Shown: positions 19,491-30,705 of the stretch, one piece after another
Numbering within the stretch: the stretch's first letter is position 1
Layout of the letters: each line of letters begins with the position of its first letter
Assembly: GCA_963705305.1 (NCBI GenBank)
Contig: OY970067.1
Span: forward strand, 1,696,001 to 1,760,000
Direction: 5' to 3'
Length of the DNA stretch: 64,000 nt
From: an uncultured Methylomirabilota bacterium
Lineage (GTDB): Bacteria > Methylomirabilota > Methylomirabilia > Methylomirabilales > 2-02-FULL-66-22
Notes under the pieces: model-generated
Database searches by the model: none
The model's input: only the letters and a program-made list of their open reading frames with translations
What the model was told of the DNA's origin: nothing
Position numbers and translations under genes: made by a program

Positions 19491-20808
19491 ATGAAGAGCA
19501 AGAGGCGAATGACAAGACAAGTATCGAGGCGGGCGTTCCTCAAGGGATCTGTGGGAACAGCGGCCTTGGGGTTGGCGCTTAGCGCCAGTTCTGCGCCGAT
19601 CGCCCGGGTTGCATCCGCCCAAGCTAAGCCCAAACTCACCATGGTCGTGCGCGGCTTTTTCGGTCCCAACACCAACGACATATTCAAGGCGCAAGCAGAG
19701 GGCTGGGGCAAGGCAAATAACGTCGATGTCACCTGCGACATCATTTCGATGAATGACATCCCAGCCAAGCTGGCCGCCGCTGCCGAGGCGGGTGCCGGGC
19801 CGGACGTGATCCATCTGTTCGATGGCACACCTCACATGTATGCCGAGAAGTTGGCAGATGTTAGCGACGTGGCCGCGACCATCGAGAAAGAGGAGGGCGG
19901 CTTCTACGGTCTCGCCAAGGACGTTCTGCATGGTCGACGGCGTCTGGCGGGCGGTGCCCCACACAGGGACAACTGAAGTCCTCTGCACCCGAAGTGATGT
20001 CTTCAACCAGCTTGGGCTGCAAGTTCCCGATTCCTGGGATGAATTGCTCGAGGTGGGCAAGAAGCTGCGCCAGAACAAGTGGGTTGTGGGCTGGCCAATC
20101 GCCCACGCCGCGGGCGACGGCGGTAGCTTCATGTACAGCATTTTCTGGTCCTATGGAGCTAGGGAGTTCGAGAAGGACAACAAGACGCTCGCTGTGGATA
20201 GCCCAGAAACAATTAAGTGTCTTCGGATGATCAAGCGGTTGTATGACGAAGCATTTGATCCTGCGTGTACCTCCTGGGATGATTCCTCGAATAATCGGCT
20301 CTGGCTTGCCGGCCAGATGGCCCTTACCGGCAACAGCCCCAGCATCTGGGCTGCGGCCTTCCAGGATGCGCCGCAGCTGGTGCCGGTCACCAAACACAGC
20401 ATCTTACCCAAGGGGCCCGGCGGTAGGCACTTAAAAACGGAGACTCAGGAGTTTGGCCTCCTCAAATATTCCAAAGTGCAGGCTGAGGCCAAAGCGCTCA
20501 TGAAGTACCTTATGTCGGGGCCACAGTATAGCAAGTGGATCAGCGCAACCCTTGGCGATCGGATGGGCATGACCAAGAACATGGCCGGTTTGGAGCTGTG
20601 GAAAAAGCCGAACCTCAAACCAAGCTTGGATTCGATGGCTTTCGGACACGTGAATGGTTGGCCCAGTCCAGTCAATCGGACGTCCGCGGAGGCGTACAAC
20701 AATTTTACCTTGATTGATATGGCCACGATGGTCGTTAAGGGCAGCACACCCGAAGAAGCTGTGAAATGGGCCGTCGGCCAGTACAAGAAAATAATTATGA
20801 CGTCATAG
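19491..20808 (+). pseudogene. Tat-exported sugar solute-binding protein split by a +1 frameshift near 19925
   Basis: SRRAFLK Tat motif; LAKDV / CMVDGVWRAVPH join matches paralog VAKQVCIVGGHWKAVPH; WDDSSNNR shared with the cluster A SBP. Confidence 0.85.
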
Positions 20809-20891
20809 TGTGCTATCACTAATCCGTGTGCTTCCGTCCAGCTATGAATAGATACTCGCGTCTGGAAGCAAGCGGAGGTGGGCACACTTGT

Positions 20892-21030
20892 AGTGTAGTG
20901 CTACTGAATCGGCTTCAGCCCTTCCGGCTTGATGGTAATTTACGGTCTCACAAGTGTTCTGTGCTTGAGGACGAAGGAAATACATGAACGGATGGTCGGA
21001 AGCGGAAAATCAGTTCAGTAGCACTACACT
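20892..21030. mobile_element. MITE-like element with 17-bp perfect terminal inverted repeats
   Basis: AGTGTAGTGCTACTGAA (20892-20908) and TTCAGTAGCACTACACT (21014-21030); imperfect pairing continues inward. Confidence 0.6.
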
Positions 21031-21703
21031 GGCAACCCAGGGATTATTCTGTTTACCAACTCGACAGTCCCAGGCCTTGGATCGATTTGAGGTCTGGCCG
21101 AGAGGCCAAAGGATGAGAGGGAACTTCGACCGGACATCAGGGGCCCGACCATACAGCAGTCCGTCCTATCCGATTTCCTGCAGGAGTCACATCTCCCAAC
21201 CTTTCCCTGTCACGTAGAACGAGGTTATGCGTGCTGTCGTTACGCAGATACGGGCGAGCTCGAGTTCCAACCTGTCACATTAGGCGCGAATTATATTCGA
21301 ATATGAGGCGTATCCCGCAGGTGGTTCTGGCAGAAGCCGGTTGTCGTGGTCGTCCCGTGCTTGTGGGTCAAGCAGCAGGTACTCGGTAGATAGCTCTAAT
21401 TGAAATCGGTGACCTTTTTTCGATAGATGTATCATATGGCGATTCTTCCCGGAAGAAGGTACCAGGCAGCGTGCTATTTGGACGCTCGCATGAATTCCTG
21501 TAGGCTCGCGTTGGCCCACATTCCCCAAGAGATTTCCCTCCTTCGCAAGGATGACCGAAGATGCGGGCACTTAGCTAAGTCAAGCATCGCTAATATATGC
21601 ATTTCGTGTCGGCGGCTTCTCCCAGGTATGAATGAGAATCCCTGCTTCCTCGAAGCATCGCACCCAGTCGAGATCTGTCGACCACCAGCAGGAGAAAACA
21701 AGA

Positions 21704-22642
21704 ATGCAGATGCGGGATGTGTCTCTTATCGTGCAGAACCTACATTTTCGCGCGCGACTAGGCACGCTTCTCGAGCGTGAGAGCCTCCTAGGGTATCTGC
21801 TGCTAGCTCCAGGGTTGGCGGTGCTCGTGGTGTTTGTCGCTTACCCGTTTGTCCTTGGCATGTACCTGAGCCTGACCAACAAAATCATTGCTGTGGAGTC
21901 CTCAGGACGGTTCATTGGCATCCGAAATTACGTCAAGCTCTTGCAGGACCCTGTTTTTCGCCAAACGGTAGTAAACACTTTTAATTACACCTTTGTCTCC
22001 GTTGTTTTCAAGCTGGCTCTAGGAATGGCGATGGCACTGGCGCTGAATGAGGCATTGCCGCTTAGGAATTTAATCCGCGGCACGATGCTCCTTCCGTGGA
22101 TCATTCCGACGACGCTCAGCTCCCTGGCCTGGCTCTGGATGTTCGACGCGAACTTTGGCGTCATCAACTGGTTTTTAGTTAATACCGGCCTGCTCCAAAG
22201 GGGACCTATCTGGCTGGGAAGCGGGTTTTGGGCAATGCTGTCCATTCAAATCGTAAACGTCTGGCGTGGTGTCCCCTTTTTCGGTATTACCCTCCTGGCG
22301 GGCATGCAGACAATACCGGGGGAACTATACGAGGCAGCCGAAGTCGACGGCGCTGGGGTCTGGCACAAGTTCTGGAGAATCACCGTACCCCTACTGAAGC
22401 CGGTGACAGCGGTAGTGACGCTCTTCTCTATTATCCAGACGTTTGCTGACTTTGAGATTGTTTATGTATTAACCCGCGGAGGGCCTGGGAACTCGACTCA
22501 CCTGTTTGCCACCCTCACGCAGCAGGTAGCGATCCAGAACGGGCGTTTAGGCGAAGGGGCGGCGATCTCACTTTTCATGTTTCCGATCTTGGTGATAGTG
22601 GTGTTGTTGCAGCTGAGGTATCTGAGAAGCGAGGGGAACTGA
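21704..22642 (+). CDS. Carbohydrate ABC transporter permease (MalF-like)
   Basis: MQTIPGELYEAAEVDGA, TRGGP. Confidence 0.93.
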   Translation: MQMRDVSLIVQNLHFRARLGTLLERESLLGYLLLAPGLAVLVVFVAYPFVLGMYLSLTNKIIAVESSGRFIGIRNYVKLLQDPVFRQTVVNTFNYTFVSVVFKLALGMAMALALNEALPLRNLIRGTMLLPWIIPTTLSSLAWLWMFDANFGVINWFLVNTGLLQRGPIWLGSGFWAMLSIQIVNVWRGVPFFGITLLAGMQTIPGELYEAAEVDGAGVWHKFWRITVPLLKPVTAVVTLFSIIQTFADFEIVYVLTRGGPGNSTHLFATLTQQVAIQNGRLGEGAAISLFMFPILVIVVLLQLRYLRSEGN

Positions 22643-22645
22643 GAC

Positions 22646-23512
22646 ATGGCCACCATTCTTGCTCGGCAGGCCAAGCGCCGGCGCCATTTAGGTAAGGCGA
22701 TCGTTGTCTACGGCACCGTGCTCTTCTTCCTGATAACCACACTTGTGCCATTTATCTGGATGGCGGTGTCCTCTGTCAAGCCGAACACGGAACTATACAA
22801 CACCAAGGAAGCGCCATTTCTCGTTTATCATCCCACGCTCAATCACTATAAATACATGTTTACCAAATATCCGTTCGCCAGATGGATGGTGAATACGTTT
22901 GTGATTTCCGTGCTCTCGACAGGTCTGTCTCTTTTCCTTGGAATCCTCGGCGGATATAGTTTAGCTCGTCTTCGCTTTCGGGGCGCGCAGGTCCTGGGGT
23001 TGTGCATTTTCGTGACCTACTTGGTGCCGCGGACTCTCCTGTTCGTTCCATTGGCCTACGTTGTTCGCTCGTTTGGATTATTTGACTCCATCTGGTCGCT
23101 CGTACTCGTCTACCCGACGTTCCTAATACCCTTCTGCACTTGGTTACTAATGGGCTACTTTAAGGGGATTCCCAAGGAGGTAGAGGAATGCGCGATGATC
23201 GATGGCTGCAGCCGAATGGGCGCGCTGTTCAAGATCGCACTTCCGCTGTCATTGCCTGGAATTGTCTCGGCGGGCCTCTTCGCTTTTACGCTGTCATGGA
23301 ATGAGTTCATCTACGCACTCACTTTTATTCAATCCACTGTCAACGAGACGGTTGCTGTAGGAGCCGTGGGGTCACTCACGGTTGGCGATACCTTCTTTTG
23401 GGGCTCGCTGATGGGAGCCGCCTTGCTTGGCTCGGTTCCGGTAGCGTTGATCTACTCCTTCTTCTTGGAGTACCTTGTCGAGGGTTTGACGGCGGGGGCG
23501 GTCAAAGGCTGA
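22646..23512 (+). CDS. Carbohydrate ABC transporter permease (MalG-like)
   Basis: IPKEVEECAMIDGC, SWNEFIYA, GLTAGAVKG. Confidence 0.95.
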   Translation: MATILARQAKRRRHLGKAIVVYGTVLFFLITTLVPFIWMAVSSVKPNTELYNTKEAPFLVYHPTLNHYKYMFTKYPFARWMVNTFVISVLSTGLSLFLGILGGYSLARLRFRGAQVLGLCIFVTYLVPRTLLFVPLAYVVRSFGLFDSIWSLVLVYPTFLIPFCTWLLMGYFKGIPKEVEECAMIDGCSRMGALFKIALPLSLPGIVSAGLFAFTLSWNEFIYALTFIQSTVNETVAVGAVGSLTVGDTFFWGSLMGAALLGSVPVALIYSFFLEYLVEGLTAGAVKG

Positions 23513-24065
23513 GCGAAAAGGTCGAAGCGTGGCGTCGAGCGGCAGCCTCACAGTGCTGGTTTCGATCCGACCCGCTGGGTTGCTACCGTCTCGTATCGAG
23601 CAACTCGACTCTGGAGTATGCGCCGGTTCTGGGCTACAATGCAATCCGCTTCGCTTTCTAAGTAAACCCGCAACTCGGGAGTGGCCTGTGCCGGTTTTGG
23701 GCCTTTGGTGTGAAGATAAACCTGATATCTTTTTCTTATTGACGCCCTCTTTTCAGCGTCATCCCTAGATTCCAACCTCAGCGAGGCATTGGATGCCGGG
23801 GAACTCACGCTGCAACCCGAAGTCCCCGCCGATCATCCGTCATTCGCCGCAACTCCGATGCATCTCCACCTTCTGTGTCGGTTGGAAACGATATGCGCAC
23901 TGGTAAGCCATTCTATTTTCCGGAGACGCCAAATCATCGACCTTTTTGGTCGGAATCTCTCAGAAGTGCTTTACTCCTCTAACGTCGCATCTTCATATTC
24001 CGCACCGCATCTCGAACGTACGCTGTCGCCAACGCTGTCAGCCGCGTCTCGACGTGGGGTAGGAT

Positions 24066-25391
24066 CGGCAGTTTTCGATCACATCCCAGTGGGAGAAGGG
24101 ATGGCAGGAACTCACCGATTGGCTCGACGCGTTCGTAAGGCATAACAACGAGACAACAGAAAAACGCGTCCTCGGGAGGTCTGCTGGACATCGGGATATT
24201 CCGGCGATTATGATTACCAACCGGACCATACCTTCCAACGAAAAACAGGTGGCATTGATCATACTCAACCGACACGGCCAAGAGAAAGGCTGTCGTGTCG
24301 TCGCACCGGAAATTATCCAGTATCTGGCCAGTGAGGACGCGCGGCAATTAGAGACAGTCAGTTGGTCATTGTTGTCCCAGTTCTGAATCCCGATGGAATG
24401 GTGACGGACAAATTCAATTCGTCGCGCACACGCATGACGAATCACGAGCGAGCTATCCTAGCACCTCTACTCAACGCGTTTCCTCCCGATATGATGGTCG
24501 ATTACCACAGCCTCGGTCAGGCCAACGGTGCCAGACATGATCGCGGCGACATGGAGGTGGTGATCCCCGCCAACACAACCAGGTGGGGGATGGACGACCA
24601 AATTCACCAGTTTCTCGCGCACAAATTGATCGCGGCTGCGGAGGAATCTGGCTGGCCATACGAGCTTCATACACTGGAAGACCTCTGGCAATATTACTTC
24701 GGGGACCGACTGATCGGGAACTTCCCGTGGGCCTACATGCAGGAGAAAGTCTATTTGCTGAACACCCAATCCCCGTACGACGGCTACGACTCCCCCTCCG
24801 ATGATTCTGAAGTTGAAGCTCTCGAATCACCCGCCATCGAGAGAGGGGTATACGAACTACGTCTGCGGCCCAGCGTATCGGAAGTGGCATTGCGTGGTGT
24901 TCGGCGACGAGGTGAATCATTGGTCCGTGACGAATCCTGACGACATTGCCAAGAGTGGATTGGCTATTGCAGAGACGCTGCTGAAGATGGGGTGCGGCCG
25001 CTTTCCGTGGGAAAGAGAGAAGGGCTACCCCACGAATCTGATCCAGGGAGATTTCCGCAACTCGATACGCGCAATTGGCAACGATGCCGCCGAACGCCGC
25101 AAATCACGAATCCGGCTCTGGCGCGAACGCGGGAACTTCGACATCCCGCACCGGGAGATGCCAACTCCCACGACAACCGTTGCTCGAGTTCGGTACTTTG
25201 GGAACGACCTTCCAATACAATTCGCCCTCTGTCTTCACATGCGGCATAGTACGATCAGCGGGGTCACTCTTCTCGGGAAGGACATCCCTTTCGAGACGTT
25301 CAATGACGGATGTTCAACGTTTGCCTACATACCGTTGGTGGCATCAAAACCCGGGACAATCACCCTTACCCTCAATCACCCGAAGTACTGA
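24066..25391 (+). pseudogene. M14 zinc-carboxypeptidase-like hydrolase, fragmented
   Basis: Manual frame VLGRSAGHRDIPAI...LNRHGQE (HxxE), frameshift near 24347 into VPVLNPDG...VDYHS, second frameshift near 24800-24850; no in-frame start upstream. Confidence 0.65.
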
Positions 25392-25737
25392 GGCACGGCA
25401 CGTGCCCTATCGACGCGACTACTCGGCGCTATCACGACTTTGCAAAGGCAGGGCCGGGCACTCCGAGAAGCCACTCGGCCGACGCCGCTGTCTCTTGGCC
25501 AACATCGGTTTGGGATCGAAGGTTGCCCCTAGTAGGGCGCATGTATTGACGAACTGATAATCTGAGATTAGTGCGAGAGACCGTAGCAACTCAACGTCGG
25601 TCGGCTCGGTCAGATTATTGGCGCCACGACAGAGCTTGATGCCTGCGCTTTTTGTTTGAGTGGTCGTCCGATGTTGTGTCGGCGCGTGTCTTTAGGTATG
25701 TTATCGATCTCGGTGCGTGGACGGAAAGGAGTTAGCA

Positions 25738-26715
25738 ATGAGGCTGGGCATAGTCGCAGGCGTATTCGCACCTGACACACTCGACTCGATACTGGACAAG
25801 ATCGCGGCTCACGGATTCGATACAGTTGAGATTCCAACAGGCAATTACGGAGGCACTCCCTGTTTCGATCTCGATAGGGTTTTGACTTCAAGAGACCTAC
25901 TTCGTTCCTTGCGCTTCGCAATTGAAACGCGAGGGCTTAGTATTTGCGCTTTGAGCTGTCAAGGCAATCCCTTGCACCCTCAAAAGGAAGTTGCTGTGGC
26001 CCATCATCGTGTTATGGTTCGCACCCTTCAGTTAGCAGCGGAGCTTGGGGTCGGAGTTGTGAACGTTTTCTCTGGATGCCCAGGCGCCCACGATGGCGCT
26101 CTCTTCCCGCATTGGGCTCCGTGTGCTTGGCCTCCGGATTTTCGCCAGGTCCTGGATTGGCAGTGGCAAAAGAAGCTCATTCCATATTGGCAGGGATTTA
26201 CCTCCGAGGCGAGAAAGTTGGGTGTTCGCAAGCTGGCTATCGAGCTGCACCCAGGATTCATGGTATACAACTCACTCACCCTTCTAACTCTGCGGCACGC
26301 GATTGGCCCGGAAATCGGAGCGAATCTGGATCCGAGTCATCTCTTCTGGCAAGGGATTGATCCGTGCGTGGCTATTCGCGAATTAGGTGAAGAGGAGGCT
26401 GTCTTCCACTTCCATGCAAAAGATACGTTCATAGATCCGATTGAGACAGCCAGGAATGGCGTATTTGACACTCGCCCTTATGACCAGATCGCAGATCGAA
26501 GCTGGTTTTTCCGAATGCCTGGATATGGTCATTCTCCGGATACATGGAATAGGATCTTTTTCGAACTAAGAAGAATCGGATACGAGGGGGCCATTAGTGT
26601 CGAGCATGAGGATGCCTTGTTTTCAAGAGAGGAGGGGATCACGCGTGCAGTCGCTTTTCTGAAGGATAAACTATTCCGCGATCCCAGACCAGAATCCATC
26701 TGGTGGGGAAAATAG
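25738..26715 (+). CDS. Sugar phosphate isomerase/epimerase TIM barrel (paralog of 37990-38961)
   Basis: SCQGNPLHP, FSGCPG, ELHPG, NLDPSHLFWQG, HFHAKD, SVEHED. Confidence 0.92.
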   Translation: MRLGIVAGVFAPDTLDSILDKIAAHGFDTVEIPTGNYGGTPCFDLDRVLTSRDLLRSLRFAIETRGLSICALSCQGNPLHPQKEVAVAHHRVMVRTLQLAAELGVGVVNVFSGCPGAHDGALFPHWAPCAWPPDFRQVLDWQWQKKLIPYWQGFTSEARKLGVRKLAIELHPGFMVYNSLTLLTLRHAIGPEIGANLDPSHLFWQGIDPCVAIRELGEEEAVFHFHAKDTFIDPIETARNGVFDTRPYDQIADRSWFFRMPGYGHSPDTWNRIFFELRRIGYEGAISVEHEDALFSREEGITRAVAFLKDKLFRDPRPESIWWGK

Positions 26716-27353
26716 ATGGGCTCTTCTTCGGGCGCATTCACACGAATCAGGTTTAGTACGGGGAGGCCGCGGTGGTGTTCGAGGAGACCTTCGTGCCGAG
26801 CGTCGAGGCGGGTCCCCCCTGCACCACAGCAACCGTGAGCGCCTCAGCAACCACCAGCACCAACTCGGGCCCTACCACAAGATGCTTGCTGTGCCGGCTG
26901 GTACCGCGGACGTCTTCCAGTGCTCCCGGCCCCCCTGTTCGGCGAGTGAGTACCGACGCGACCGCTCTCGCTACCGTAGCGGTGTTCTTCCGCTAGGGCA
27001 GTATTGAAGCGCGTTTCTTTCGGGTAGCTAGAAGGGTCAAATTTAGGAGCGGCGGTTCGTTCTGAGCCAAGTGGGGCGCTTGCGTAGCTATGCTGAGGAC
27101 CCGGCAAGCCTCCGAGGCTCCCAATCCGCAAGGGTAGCCATGCCCTCCAGGTGGCCGCCCGAGGTCTCCCCCAGCCTCCCGGACCAGGGCACATGCCCTG
27201 TGTAAGGCACCGCCGTCAGGAAGTAATAGAATCAGTCCGAGCTTTCTGCTAGTCTAGGTCGTCAATCCGGCACCCCAGTCCACCCCTGTAATGTGGCGTG
27301 CCCTGTTTCGACCAGCGGTCGTCGCTCTCTTACGAGCGAGAGGAGACAAGCCC

Positions 27354-27608
27354 ATGCCAACGAATCTCACCGCCACCCTCCGGAAGGCCTTAGCCGACCT
27401 GGAGATCGAACGCACCCGCCTGGACCGGCAGATCGCTGGGATCCGGGCGCTCCTCGCCGGCGAGACGCGCGGGCAGGTCCACCGTGCCCCCGTCAAGCGG
27501 CGGGCCACGGGGCGCAAGCCGATGAGTGCGGCGGCCCGGAAGGCCCTGAGCCAGCGGATGAAAGCGTTCTGGGCGAAGCGGCGGGCAGTGAAGGCCAAAG
27601 CGTCCTGA
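27354..27608 (+). CDS. Small basic protein, N-terminal coiled coil plus Arg/Lys/Ala-rich tail (candidate nucleoid-associated protein)
   Basis: GAGGAG RBS; LADLEIERTRLDRQIAGIRALL; MSAAARKALSQRMKAFWAKRR; followed by a terminator. Confidence 0.75.
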   Translation: MPTNLTATLRKALADLEIERTRLDRQIAGIRALLAGETRGQVHRAPVKRRATGRKPMSAAARKALSQRMKAFWAKRRAVKAKAS

Positions 27609-27653
27609 ACGTAGTCGTGATGAGCAAGATTTCCCGCTCTCTTGAAATAGGAG

Positions 27654-27687
27654 CCCCTCGGGAGGAGTCCTTCTCCCGAGGGGTTTT
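27654..27687 (+). terminator. Rho-independent terminator
   Basis: CCCCTCGGGAG-N8-CTCCCGAGGGG followed by TTTT. Confidence 0.75.
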
Positions 27688-28269
27688 GTGTCCGGCCCGA
27701 GGAGAGTTGTGACACCCGTTACGCTAGCTCCACTGACTCTCACGCTTGTCGGCCGCGCCGACGCTGGATCAGTTCCACGATAGACGTCGTCCCAGCCGCG
27801 TGCCGGGCAGCGATGAGATTTTTCGCGGCCGGGCGAGTTCCTCTTCGAAAGGCATGGCTTCCGTCAGGGCCGAGTCGTAATCGTAGCCTGCGAATGAACT
27901 CGTAGTAAGCGGTGAAGCTCTCGTCCTACACGCCCGCGCTCCGCTGCCTGTCGAGGTCGATGAGGATCGAGCTGAGACCGCTGTACAACTCGAGCCATTC
28001 GTCCTCATCCAGGTGTATCGGTCCCATGCTTTTTGTCATCTTTTCCTCTCCTTGAGTTAGTGAGCAGCAAGCGGTGGATCCCATCCTTTGACCTCGTATG
28101 GGAGCGTTCTCCCTGGTCCAGCCTTCTTCCTCTGCTCGTCGCGGACGCAACGCGCTCACTACGCCGACGAGGTCACGAAACGGGAGGGGCATATTGCGCC
28201 CCGGCCGAACGGCCTCCTATGAGTTTAGATCCAATTGTTCCACGTTCATCCCGTCCATGACTGTTCTCC

Positions 28270-28445
28270 TTAATCCTCGCTGCGTTCCCCTTCTGCAGGC
28301 TGCTCGGGCATATCGGCCGTGAACGCCGGGAGGGCCTTGCTGGTGAATCTGTTGAGGCGGTCGTGCTCCTCTTCCCCGAGCGGCATGTTGGCCGTCAACT
28401 TTGCGTAGATGTCCATGGTCGTGCTGAACCTGTGCTTCCCGAAAA
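28270..28445 (-). pseudogene. C-terminal remnant of a tyrosine recombinase/integrase
   Basis: HRFSTTMDIYAKL resembles the box II H-x3-TT-x2-IY catalytic Tyr motif; upstream sequence is unrelated. Confidence 0.45.
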
Positions 28446-29210
28446 CGGATCGCACGCTGGCCCTCCCGCAGCTTTTCGTTGATGCTGGTGGGGTACCCCC
28501 CTTCCCTCTGGCCCGGCGAGGACAGCATTCTGCTCGGGTGATGGGGTCGGCCACCCGCTAGGCGAATCCACCGCCACAGGCACGTGGCACCGCCAGCCGG
28601 GAGAAGACACACCCGCAGCCCGCCCGCACGCGGCGGGGATGGGCCGCGCAGCCGACGATCACGGGGTCCCGGCACGCCCGCCGAAGGCGCCCGATGCGGC
28701 GCGCCGCAGACGGCTTCGGCCCGGGACGTCGCCGGGCCGGGAGCTCCTCCGCCTTGCCCACGCCCGCGCCGCGCGCGGGTGCCGCAGCGTCCCGACGTTG
28801 CGGTGGAGACCCATCCACGCGCGGAACAGACCGCCCGCAACGGCGCGCAGGGCAAGCCCGCTGGATCTCCGGCGACCGGGGCCTGTGGACAACCACGGCA
28901 TGCTTCGCGGCAGGCCGCTGGCTCCAGAGTGAGAGAAAGCGCACCCGGGCAGCGGATTCTGTATTTCCAGGAGCCACAGGAGGTAGGGCATAAGAGATCC
29001 TACTTGCAACTCGCTGTACAGGGAGGGAATATTGAGACCCCCAGCGCCCATAACCGAGGCTATGGTGTCTTCCAACAGGGGTTCAACAGGCGAGGGAGAA
29101 AATCCCGCTGTCGGGCAAATTCAGGACGGATCTATTTGGCAGATTGGGGAATCTGACAGGGCGAAGTGAGGAACCTCTCGAACCCCCACTCTTCCGGAGA
29201 GCAGGAAACC

Positions 29211-29801
29211 ATGACGGAACACACGATCGTCTATTTTGACAGGCCCGGCAAAGAAAATACGGAGGCGGTGCTCCGCCTTGCCAACAAGCGGGCGCGGGAA
29301 CTCGGGATCACAAAGATCCTTGTTGCCTCCACCAGCGGGGACACAGCGGTCAAGGCGATGGACGTTTTCACGGGGCTGCGGGTAATCATTGTCACCCTCG
29401 CCACGGGAGCCAGGACCCCGAACACGCAGGAATTCACGGAGGCGAATCGGAAACTCGTCGAGGCCAAGGGCGGCACCCTCCTGACGACGACCCATGCGCT
29501 GGGCGGGCTCGTGCGCGCGATGAATCAGGTGACGCTTCCCCAAGCAGGCCAACCTGGGGCGGGGATCGACATCGTCGCGCAGACCTTGCGGGTGTTTGGA
29601 CAGGGGATGAAGGTGGTGTGCGAGATCGCCGCGATGGCGGCGGACGCCGGCCTCGTGCGGACGGATGAGGACGTGATTGCGATCGCCGGGACGGGAGCCG
29701 AAGGGCGCGGGGCCGATACCGCCGTCGTCTTGCAACCCGCCAATGCCCACAGATTCTTCGACACCCGGGTCAAGGAGATTCTCTGCAAACCCCGCCTCTA
29801 G
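29211..29801 (+). CDS. Pyruvate-kinase C-terminal-like alpha/beta domain protein (COG1751 type)
   Basis: YFDRPGKENT, VASTSGDTA, GQGMKVVCEIAAMAADAG, GADTA. Confidence 0.85.
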   Translation: MTEHTIVYFDRPGKENTEAVLRLANKRARELGITKILVASTSGDTAVKAMDVFTGLRVIIVTLATGARTPNTQEFTEANRKLVEAKGGTLLTTTHALGGLVRAMNQVTLPQAGQPGAGIDIVAQTLRVFGQGMKVVCEIAAMAADAGLVRTDEDVIAIAGTGAEGRGADTAVVLQPANAHRFFDTRVKEILCKPRL

Positions 29802-29925
29802 GGGAATGGCTACAGACCGCAGAGCGGCCGTATTCGGGCGGGGCGGGACCCTCGCGACTGGTCGATGAGACGCGTGCCGGCGGCGAATGCACCCGGGATG
29901 CCATCGACGCCCCGGAGGGAAAGGC

Positions 29926-30705
29926 ATGGAACTCGGCTTACAAGGGAAGGTGGCGGTTATCACCGGGGGCACCAGTGGCATTGGCTTGGCCGCGGCACTG
30001 GAATTTGCCCGCGAGGGCAGCCAGGTCGCGATCTGCGGCAAGAATGAATCGAAGGTGGCCGCGGCGGCTGCCACGTTCCAGCGGCAGGCTCTCCCCGTGG
30101 TTGCCGAGCGCGTGGATGTGAGCCTCCCCCAGGAGATCAGCCAGTTTGCCGCCGCGGTCGTTGGGCGGTTCGGGCGGATCGATGTGTGGGTCAACAATGC
30201 CGGGATGGCCAGCCGGACACCGCTCCTGGACCTACCGCTCGAGGACTGGGAGCTGGTGCTCCGGACCAATCTGACGGCCGTGTTTTGGGGCATTCGGACG
30301 GCGGCCGGGTACATGCGGACGAGTGGCGGTGGGGCGATCATCAACACCTCGTCCTTCGCCGCAGTCATCCCCTCCGCCGGGGGGGCCGCGTACGCCGCCA
30401 GCAAATCCGGGCTCAGCGGGCTGACGAAGGTTGCCGCCGGGGAACTTGCGCCGTATCGCATCCGGGTCAATTCCGTGCTCCCGGGGCCTGTCGACACCCC
30501 GATGATGAAGACCCGATTAGCGACGGACTCCGACCGCATCGTGGCGAAGGTGGCCCTGCAGCGGGTGGGACACCCCGTCGAGCTGGCCAAGGTCTACACG
30601 TTCTTGGCGTCGGATGCGGCCAGCCTCATCACCGGGGCGGCGTTTGAGGTGAGTGGGGGAAAGCTGTGCATCCAGGAACCCCAGGCGCCCTGGACGGTCA
30701 AGTAG
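29926..30705 (+). CDS. SDR oxidoreductase
   Basis: TGGTSGIG, NNAG, YAASK, VSGG. Confidence 0.92.
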   Translation: MELGLQGKVAVITGGTSGIGLAAALEFAREGSQVAICGKNESKVAAAAATFQRQALPVVAERVDVSLPQEISQFAAAVVGRFGRIDVWVNNAGMASRTPLLDLPLEDWELVLRTNLTAVFWGIRTAAGYMRTSGGGAIINTSSFAAVIPSAGGAAYAASKSGLSGLTKVAAGELAPYRIRVNSVLPGPVDTPMMKTRLATDSDRIVAKVALQRVGHPVELAKVYTFLASDAASLITGAAFEVSGGKLCIQEPQAPWTVK

